64,000 nt of DNA from Octopus sinensis. Lineage: Eukaryota. Location: positions 22,568,001-22,632,000 of the forward strand of contig NC_043013.1 of NCBI RefSeq assembly GCF_006345805.1. The letters run 5' to 3'. The position numbers and the translations under genes were made by a program. The notes beneath the pieces were generated by a model. The model was given only the letters and a program-made list of their open reading frames with translations, did not search any database and was not told where the DNA came from. Below are positions 60,260-64,000 of the stretch, piece by piece. Positions within the stretch are counted from its first letter, which is position 1, and each line of letters starts with the position of its first letter.

Positions 60260-62831
60260 ATATGTAAACGTGCATTTCTGAAAAACCAAAAACTTTGTTG
60301 TTGTTGTTCTTATTCAGGTTTCCTGTTTCTCGACATAAAAAAAAAATATTCCTAATTTCCATTTGTGTTTCTAATCCAATGCAAGCTACATGTGAAGTAT
60401 CCAAACTCCCACATTAATATATTATATTAACTTGTAGTAATTGTTTAATAACTACTACAATATAATAACTAACTTATAATTTACTTGTAGTGTAGGTATT
60501 TTTGACAAAAGCCATGGGACCGTTAGAGTGTGTGGGGTGGATGGATATCGTATTAGCAGCAGTTTTTCTAACGAAACATCTTCCACTGAAGTCTTTCCCT
60601 GAAATGTAAACCCTGTATTAAGTAACAATGATGGGGGCTGAGGTTAAGGGTTGCCCATGCAGTAGATTCTCCTACTCACTACATTATCTGTTTAAGTACA
60701 GGGGGTTGGGTTAGGGGTTTTAGGGCTTTCATAGGGGTTCTGGTATTATTCAGATTGATGCCATTAACAGTTTGCTTAAAATGTTGCAAGTCAATAGTTT
60801 CCTGGAAGATAAATGCAGGGAGACAATTCCAGAGGAACGATGTTCTGGAAAGGTCCTAACTCTCAGAAGAGAGACTAATAAGGGTTATATCACAGCCAAG
60901 GGTGACTCTGTATCTTGGCAGTTGTGGGCATTTGAGCCTGCAATTTCTGGACAACATCAACCATGATGTTTCTGAGAAAGTTTCTTGCATTAACTAGCAC
61001 CTTGTCCAGTGGCTTATTAGTTTCTCATCCATTTAACTGGAGTTGGATTTTAATTGGTTATAGCTTGTGATAGTGTTAATCTAATAAATGTCCAGAAATT
61101 CTCTACCTTCGTGTGTGTGTGTGTGTGTGTGTGTGAACATAGTATGGTTGAATGGTCAAGAAGTTGACTTTACCCTCATAAGGTGTTGGTTCAATCCCGT
61201 TGGTAGCAAGTGTCTTTTACCTTAGTCTTGAGTTCAGCCCAAGCCTTGTGGTTTCGACTGAATGACAGAAACTGTACAATCTGTTCGTCTGAATGGCTTG
61301 GCTACCTGTGATACAAAAGGTGTAGTCAAACCACATCACACTGTGGGCCACATGATGATTCTTCTTGAAAATTACATTAAGGGTAGATATGTCTGTGGAA
61401 TACTTAGCCTGAGCAACTGAGTACTCCCCCATCAAAACTGACTGAAATACATTTATTCTACTCTGTGTATGAGGGAGAGAGAGAAAGACAAAGAAAAAGA
61501 TTTTCTTCAGTCACATGTGAGTGATACTCCATTGTTGGTAAGAAAGGTAGTGATGTATATTTTTGGTTCTTTTAACTCCATTCTGTAATTTTGTGAAGAC
61601 ACCAACCCATATACATGTACACACATGTGCGTGCAGTTTACAATTGATTAAATTTTGTTTCTTAAAATCGTTCCATAATATGTCTAAGAACTTGAGAACC
61701 AAATTCACAAATATTCTTTCAGGAATATTCTCCGTATGACAAACAATCATCTTTATGGGTGTTTTTCTTTTTTTTTTCTTTTAAATTGATGCCATATTTT
61801 TAAGGTGTTTATTTGATTAGCTTCAACCTATCCAAACTAGAAACAAAGTTTACCACTGAAGAATTTATTCCATTATTGCAATGAACACAAACTTTAAACG
61901 ATTCCTTCCAATTTTTCCTTTACATTCCATCTTGTTTGTTTCAATTCTTGAAAATATTTTTTATAATTTAAAAAGGGAAAAAAGATCTTTGTTTTTTATC
62001 TTTTTTTTCTCTGTGAAATAGAATTTCAAGAGTGATATTTTTTTTCTTTTATGTCAATATTTTATAAAATTATATTCTTTTTTTTTCTACTTGGAAACAT
62101 TAATAATGATAGTGATTATAATAGTAATAATAAACTAAAATATTACGAGGATGAGTAAAAAGGTAATGCCATTTTGTTTAGGACAGGTATAATTACCAAT
62201 ACAGGACCATGTATCATACATCAAAATGAAGCTGGTTCTCTGAGGATCACATCCTTACTCCTCAACATAGTCACCGTTTCTCTCAATAGTAATGTTCCAC
62301 CTTTGAATGAGAACATATATCCCTGCCCTGTAAAATTCTGTTGACTGTTCTTTGAGCCACTTCTTCACTACAGTTTTCACTTCCTTGTCACTGGAATAAT
62401 GTTTGCCTCCCAAACCCTCTTTCATGGGACTGAAGAAATGATAGTCCAGTGATGAGGAAGTGAAAACAGTAGTGAAGAAGTGGCTCAAAGAACAATCAAC
62501 AGGATTTTACAGGGCAGGGATACATGCTCTCATTTGAAGGGGGAACATTGTTATTGAGGGAAACAGAGACTATGTTGAGAAGTAGTGATGTGATCCACAG
62601 AGGACCAGCTTCATTTTGATGTATGATACATGTTACTGTGTCGGTAATTATATTTGTCCTAAACAAAATGGCATTACTTTTTGACTCACCCTCGTAATTA
62701 GTATATATAATTAGTATAACGCATCTGATTCTTAACCTGCGTCCGTTTTACCACATGTGGCTTTATAGGAACCTGATGATGGCAATATCCATGGCGATGA
62801 GATCTATTACATGCCCAAGTACACCTCCAAG
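6316..62831 (+). CDS. PLCG1: Phospholipase C-gamma (PI(4,5)P2 phosphodiesterase gamma), partial multi-exon gene lacking first exon and SH3/Y/C2 exons
   Basis: 20 GT-AG exons (sum 2063 nt) join in one frame without stops, then either of two 63-nt linker exons; domain order PH, EF, X box (SSHNT, IELDCWDG, THG, SIENH), split PH, SH2 (FLVRES), SH2 (FLVRRS) is diagnostic of PLC-gamma. Symbol denotes co-orthology to vertebrate PLCG1/PLCG2. Confidence 0.97.
7394..7639. mobile_element. Long-TIR MITE (~93-bp arms)
   Basis: 7394-7486 is the near-perfect reverse complement of 7547-7639; second copy at 18742-18974. Confidence 0.8.
7742..8005 (+). mobile_element. tRNA-derived SINE with tgtccttgagcaagacactt core (degenerate)
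   Basis: A/B-box-like head ggcctagtggtt...gagttcaattccc; body similar to 30015-30339. Confidence 0.6.
8860..9087. mobile_element. piggyBac-like MITE, second family
   Basis: TTAA-CCCTTTAG ... CTAAAGGG-TTAA; relatives at 11245-12011 (interrupted) and ~14728-14923. Confidence 0.8.
10532..10589. repeat. Perfect 27-bp palindrome, 4-nt spacer
   Basis: gagggattctaaaatgcaccatgtctt-taac-aagacatggtgcattttagaatccctc. Confidence 0.97.
11306..11400. repeat. Perfect 47-bp palindrome, 1-nt spacer
   Basis: 11306-11352 is the exact reverse complement of 11354-11400. Confidence 0.97.
11551..11646 (-). ncRNA. Penelope-type minimal type I hammerhead ribozyme (near intact) within a PLE fragment ~11521-11765
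   Basis: Minus strand ttttgg-CUGAUGA-GUAC-(52 nt)-GUAU-GAAAC-aauu-GUA/cugaaa; palindromic stem III ACAAUUGU. Confidence 0.7.
12790..12935. repeat. (CT)n/(CCT) polypyrimidine microsatellite
   Basis: Direct reading; similar tracts at ~15520-15670 and ~62870-62930. Confidence 0.95.
13020..13200 (-). mobile_element. Penelope-like element terminal fragment with decayed hammerhead (13105-13143)
   Basis: Minus strand cttt-CUGUUGA-A-GAGC-guag-GCUC-aAAAC-aua; truncated relative at ~47230-47330. Confidence 0.55.
13375..14030 (+). mobile_element. CR1-like LINE ORF2 C-terminal fragment (dead)
   Basis: [35 protein letters not shown] ... [11 protein letters not shown] with frameshift and stops. Confidence 0.85.
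14500..14710 (+). mobile_element. tRNA-derived Octopus-type SINE (family B)
   Basis: ggcaagctggcagaa...gttcaaatcctgccaaggtcaactttac...aaagtaccag; other copies ~19636-19845, 20455-20672(-), 21215-21395, 25555-25752(-), 25785-26003(-), 36112-36287, 49455-49650. Confidence 0.8.
15027..15120 (+). CDS. PLCG1: PLC-gamma exon (PH C-terminal helix): [31 protein letters not shown]
   Basis: tttcag acceptor, AG|gtctct donor, 94 nt phase 1-2. Confidence 0.92.
15830..16265. repeat. Compound (CATA/TGCA/TG/TA)n microsatellite
   Basis: Direct reading; source of the spurious MYVC/HTYI ORFs. Confidence 0.95.
17297..17344 (+). CDS. PLCG1: PLC-gamma exon: [16 protein letters not shown]
   Basis: ttacag acceptor, GT|gtgagt donor, 48 nt phase 2-2; WLRKEFY matches PLCG1 WLRKQFY. 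Confidence 0.93.
17575..18265 (-). mobile_element. RTE LINE 3' end with diverged ~150-bp internal duplication
   Basis: Minus strand GLTEEMT-like ORF end, 3' UTR and (GAT)n tail; 17927-18050 repeated at 18146-18265. Confidence 0.8.
18742..18974. mobile_element. Long-TIR MITE (~107-bp arms, 19-nt spacer), same family as 7394-7639
   Basis: 18742-18848 is the near-perfect reverse complement of 18868-18974. Confidence 0.85.
19384..19465 (+). CDS. PLCG1: PLC-gamma exon (EF region): [27 protein letters not shown]
   Basis: tttcag acceptor, CAA|gtaagt donor, 82 nt phase 2-0. Confidence 0.9.
20738..21156 (+). mobile_element. R4/Dong-like non-LTR retrotransposon 3' end
   Basis: [32 protein letters not shown]...[10 protein letters not shown] (restriction-like endonuclease end), then 3' UTR and (TAA)n tail. 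Confidence 0.8.
21613..21771. repeat. 34-bp inverted repeat, MITE-like
   Basis: 21613-21646 vs 21738-21771, one mismatch. Confidence 0.85.
22645..23406. repeat. 29/30-bp minisatellite, ~26 units (gtcagacttgctggt[g]gtctaacttatcc[c/t])
   Basis: 24 occurrences of tcagacttg counted plus two degenerate leading units; no spacers. Confidence 0.97.
23774..24261. mobile_element. hAT-like non-autonomous element containing a Penelope-derived insert
   Basis: Termini cagtggtttccaac / gttgaaaaccactg; no clean 8-bp TSD seen; related ends at ~39625-39860 and ~52320-52560. Confidence 0.55.
23905..23956 (+). ncRNA. Penelope-type hammerhead relic, sense to PLC-gamma
   Basis: gucu-ucGAUGA-ag-GGAUAUU-(7 nt)-AAUAUCC-ua-GAAAC-agcu-GUA/agac; core positions 3-4 deviate from CU. 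Confidence 0.55.
27218..27298 (+). CDS. PLCG1: PLC-gamma exon (EF hand): [27 protein letters not shown]
   Basis: tttcag acceptor, TCT|gtaagt donor, 81 nt phase 0-0; EF-hand-like [12 protein letters not shown] loop. Confidence 0.93.
27323..27480. repeat. Perfect 78-bp tandem duplication
   Basis: 27323-27400 is identical to 27401-27478. Confidence 0.95.
27755..28044. repeat. ~114-bp inverted duplication with 62-nt spacer
   Basis: 27755-27869 vs 27932-28044; only two substitutions and a poly-A length difference seen. Confidence 0.93.
28572..28805 (+). mobile_element. R4/Dong-like reverse transcriptase fragment
   Basis: [12 protein letters not shown] ... [21 protein letters not shown]. Confidence 0.8.
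29739..29788 (+). CDS. PLCG1: PLC-gamma exon: [17 protein letters not shown]
   Basis: tttcag acceptor, AG|gtaagc donor, 50 nt phase 0-2; needed to keep frame between flanking exons. Confidence 0.85.
30015..30339 (-). mobile_element. tRNA-derived SINE, well preserved
   Basis: Head ggaggcgcaatggcccagtggttagggcagcagactcgcggtcataggatcgcagtttcgattccc with A and B boxes, followed by non-tRNA body. Confidence 0.85.
30563..30774. mobile_element. mariner-derived MITE
   Basis: Degenerate TIRs ggggtactgaaaaagttcctgtcttt / aaagccaggaactttccaacgcctcctcgta. Confidence 0.6.
32941..32989 (+). CDS. PLCG1: PLC-gamma exon: [16 protein letters not shown]
   Basis: tttcag acceptor, AGA|gtgagt donor, 49 nt phase 2-0; FQLFLLQEQ matches PLC EF-region FxxFLxxEQ. 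Confidence 0.92.
34839..34940 (+). CDS. PLCG1: PLC-gamma exon: [34 protein letters not shown]
   Basis: tttcag acceptor, GAG|gttagt donor, 102 nt phase 0-0; EPYF motif. Confidence 0.93.
35019..35954 (+). mobile_element. mariner DNA transposon, internally deleted, transposase pseudogene
   Basis: ~31-bp TIRs tcaggtcttcccataagttctgtctga / tcggacagaacttatgggataacctga+TA; [33 protein letters not shown]; frameshift, stops, C-terminal catalytic part missing. Confidence 0.93.
36587..36702 (+). CDS. PLCG1: PLC-gamma exon (X-box start): [39 protein letters not shown]
   Basis: tcacag acceptor, AC|gtaagt donor, 116 nt phase 0-2; [17 protein letters not shown] with first catalytic His. Confidence 0.97.
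37131..37216 (+). CDS. PLCG1: PLC-gamma exon (X box): [29 protein letters not shown]
   Basis: ttgcag acceptor, T|gtaagt donor, 86 nt phase 2-1; [15 protein letters not shown] as in vertebrate PLCG1. Confidence 0.97.
37728..37848 (+). CDS. PLCG1: PLC-gamma exon (X box): [40 protein letters not shown]
   Basis: ttccag acceptor, GA|gtaagt donor, 121 nt phase 1-2; DCWDG and second catalytic His (THG). Confidence 0.97.
38754..38839 (+). CDS. PLCG1: PLC-gamma exon (X box): [29 protein letters not shown]
   Basis: tttcag acceptor, G|gtgggt donor, 86 nt phase 2-1; [11 protein letters not shown] motif. Confidence 0.96.
38992..39074 (+). CDS. PLCG1: PLC-gamma exon (X-box end): [27 protein letters not shown]
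   Basis: ttccag acceptor, AAG|gtttgt donor, 83 nt phase 1-0; LPSPNQLxxKILxK. Confidence 0.96.
39475..39526 (+). CDS. PLCG1: PLC-gamma exon (X-linker): [18 protein letters not shown]
   Basis: ttctag acceptor, A|gtaagt donor, 52 nt phase 0-1. Confidence 0.9.
41608..41678 (+). CDS. PLCG1: PLC-gamma exon (split PH N-half): [23 protein letters not shown]
   Basis: ttgtag acceptor, CAT|gtaagt donor, 71 nt phase 1-0; matches PLCG1 DISNSIKNGILYLED. Confidence 0.95.
41903..42019 (+). CDS. PLCG1: PLC-gamma exon (split PH N-half, acidic linker): [39 protein letters not shown]
   Basis: tttcag acceptor, GAG|gtgaga donor, 117 nt phase 0-0; WxPHxFVLT motif. Confidence 0.95.
42875..43047 (+). CDS. PLCG1: PLC-gamma exon (nSH2 first half): [58 protein letters not shown]
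   Basis: poly-T/tcag acceptor, TT|gtaagt donor, 173 nt phase 0-2; [11 protein letters not shown] and [12 protein letters not shown]. Confidence 0.97.
45925..46655 (-). mobile_element. 5'-truncated RTE LINE (ORF C-terminus fused to 3' UTR tail)
   Basis: YLGDQV...RIKIAWAKF...[16 protein letters not shown]...WYGHVVQM...[17 protein letters not shown], then family C tail and (GAT)n. Confidence 0.92.
46656..48863. repeat. ~265-bp inverted duplication (46656-46920 / 48601-48863) around a 1680-bp spacer
   Basis: Arms compared by eye differ at about five sites; no TSD. Confidence 0.93.
50204..50462. promoter_or_regulatory. Candidate intronic promoter/enhancer motif cluster
   Basis: GGGGCGGGG 50204, CCAAT 50308, GCGCATGCA 50377, CGGAAGTG 50387, TGAGTCA 50456 in non-repetitive intron sequence; motif evidence only. 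Confidence 0.3.
52632..52790 (+). mobile_element. Penelope-like terminal repeat fragment with hammerhead (52700-52743)
   Basis: acac-CUGAUGA-A-GGCUG-(10 nt)-CAGCC-GAAAC-auu/gugu. Confidence 0.7.
53849..54049 (+). CDS. PLCG1: PLC-gamma exon (nSH2 second half): [67 protein letters not shown]
   Basis: ttctag acceptor, GA|gtaagt donor, 201 nt phase 2-2. Confidence 0.97.
54572..54895 (+). mobile_element. CR1-like LINE 3' end with (ATT)n tail
   Basis: [39 protein letters not shown]. Confidence 0.88.
55358..55480 (+). CDS. PLCG1: PLC-gamma exon (cSH2 first half): [41 protein letters not shown]
   Basis: catcag acceptor, AG|gtaaga donor, 123 nt phase 2-2; PRDGAFLVR. Confidence 0.97.
55546..55943 (-). 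mobile_element. Non-autonomous Helitron/Helentron-like element
   Basis: Minus-strand 3' end cccgagcaacgccggg hairpin followed by ctagt; other end tctctatatatatattaagctgaag. Confidence 0.55.
56168..56345 (+). CDS. PLCG1: PLC-gamma exon (cSH2 second half): [59 protein letters not shown]
   Basis: cttcag acceptor, ATT|gtaagt donor, 178 nt phase 2-0; EGKIKHCR and PLYxKMxLRYP. Confidence 0.97.
56548..56791. repeat. ~110-bp fold-back inverted repeat, ~19-nt spacer
   Basis: 56548-56662 vs 56682-56791. Confidence 0.92.
57349..57501. repeat. 52-bp inverted repeat (MITE-like), 49-nt spacer
   Basis: 57349-57400 vs 57450-57501, three mismatches. Confidence 0.88.
58290..58615 (-). mobile_element. tRNA-derived SINE with tgtgttcttgagcaagacacttt core
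   Basis: Minus-strand head ggcacatggctcagtggttagagtgtcgagc...gagttcgattccc; relative at ~56995-57298. Confidence 0.75.
59958..60020 (+). CDS. PLCG1: PLC-gamma cSH2-SH3 linker exon, copy A: [21 protein letters not shown]
   Basis: ttcttcctttgtag acceptor, AAG|gtaacc donor, 63 nt phase 0-0; LYVNP resembles PLCG2 MYVDP (Y759) and PLCG1 FYVEA (Y783). Confidence 0.9.
62146..62694. mobile_element. Fold-back mariner derivative made of two transposon 3' ends in inverted orientation
   Basis: TA-cgagg ... cctcg-TA; arms 62146-62394 and 62446-62694 (249 bp each), 51-nt spacer; encodes mariner C-terminus [39 protein letters not shown]. Confidence 0.92.
62769..62831 (+). CDS. PLCG1: PLC-gamma cSH2-SH3 linker exon, copy B: [21 protein letters not shown]
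   Basis: ctttatag acceptor, AAG|gtaatg donor, 63 nt phase 0-0; starts EPD like the PLCG1 linker exon (EPDYG) and ends TSK like copy A. Confidence 0.85.
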
Positions 62832-62896
62832 GTAATGTGGTCACCTGCAATTGTCACACATACTACAGCTTCTCTCTCTCTCACTCTCTCTCTCTC

Positions 62897-62932
<36 letters not shown>

Positions 62933-64000
62933 AGCTCAGCTTTTTTCATTTACTCTTTTTTTTCCTTTCACTTATTCTCATGCCCTCTCACTCAGTCTTT
63001 CTTTCTGAAATTGTGTAACATCAGCTTCTCCCTCTCTTAGCTTACTCCTCCTCATTCATTTATCGTTCTCTCTCTCTCTCTCTCTCTCTCACTCTCAGTA
63101 CATCCAGGGTAATTTGCTCATCTGGAATTCTTGTCCATACTACAGCAAGATTCTTTCTCCCTTGCTCTCCCTCCCTCTCTCTCTTCTCGCTTTCTTTCCT
63201 CCATTCTCTCTCTCTTTCACCCAGTCTTCCTCTCTTGCTCTTTCTTCCCCAAATATGTCTTCTGTTAGATGTGTATATATTACTTGAAGACTTCCATTAG
63301 CTGTGTATGTGTGTGTGTTTGTGTGTATACATATATATATATATGTGTGTTTGTGTGTATACATACATATATATATATGTGTGTGTGTGTGTGTGAGTAT
63401 ATAAATATATATGCGTCTGACCCATGCAAGCACGGAAAACAGATGTTAAACGATGATGATGATGGTGTGTGTGTATATGTATGTATATGTGTATATATAT
63501 ATGTGTATATATATATGTGTGTGTGTGTGTGTATATATGAAGATCTTAATTAGTTGAGGACCTTTCTTGTTTTTCCAATATCACCCTTATCTCTCTCTCT
63601 CTCCCCCTCTCACCTCTTTCTTTTCCTTCTCTCTGTCTCTGATTTCAACCCATAACACTTGTTACTCTTCTTTTCAAAGCCTCCTTTTTTTCCACAGACT
63701 TCCCCTCTCTCTCTCTCCCTCTCCACATACCTACCTAACCTACACCCCCACCCCTTCTATGTCTCTAATATCATCCTTTGGTCTGCATTAATCTTCTTTC
63801 TCGTTATCTTCATTATCTCCAAATTGTCCGTTTAGTCTTCGATTTTAATCCTGCCGCTCTCTTCGCTCCACCTGTGCATATTTAAACACCACCTTCACCG
63901 CCGCCAACAGCAATTCCTAATGATACCACAACTACTACCAAGACTATCAGACTTTGGCCAATGGCACCAAATATTCTTTATCATTGCTCATGGCTAACTT

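Noticed and set aside
60754-60966. In-frame open stretch after a CAG between exons A and B (possible terminal exon)
   Set aside because: Weak pyrimidine tract, no homology to the linker or SH3.
62750-62841. accacat / atgtggt pairing across exon B
   Set aside because: Only 7 bp and the upstream half sits in its own palindrome (ccacatgtgg); too weak to call a docking/selector pair.
28-63791. Most ORFs in the supplied track (YIYIY, HTHT, CVCV, ERER, SLSL types)
   Set aside because: Translations of microsatellites or SINE bodies; no domain similarity.

Overview
AT-rich, microsatellite- and transposon-dense animal genomic DNA; the SINE/LINE families look like those of Octopus (inference from recognised repeat consensus sequences). 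The window is the interior of one + strand gene, phospholipase C-gamma (invertebrate co-orthologue of PLCG1/PLCG2). Twenty consecutive GT-AG exons (6316-56345, 2063 nt) splice into one open frame encoding the N-terminal PH domain, EF hands, catalytic X box, split-PH N-half, nSH2 and cSH2; the start codon and the SH3/Y-box/C2 exons lie outside the window. The main surprise is that the cSH2-SH3 linker exon carrying the activating tyrosine (Y783 in PLCG1, Y759 in PLCG2) is present twice: two homologous 63-nt phase-0 exons (59958-60020 [21 protein letters not shown]; 62769-62831 [21 protein letters not shown]), candidate mutually exclusive exons that would swap the enzyme's phospho-activation switch. 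A ~249-bp-stem fold-back mariner ends 74 nt upstream of the second copy. Other points: D->C at the D342-equivalent of the X box, a candidate 15-nt microexon, four Penelope-type hammerhead relics, about ten long intronic inverted repeats, an inverted duplication abutting an RTE 5' junction, and a promoter-like motif cluster in the 10.8-kb nSH2 intron. No CRISPR, rRNA or true tRNA genes. Repeat boundaries are approximate; exon boundaries were counted base by base.
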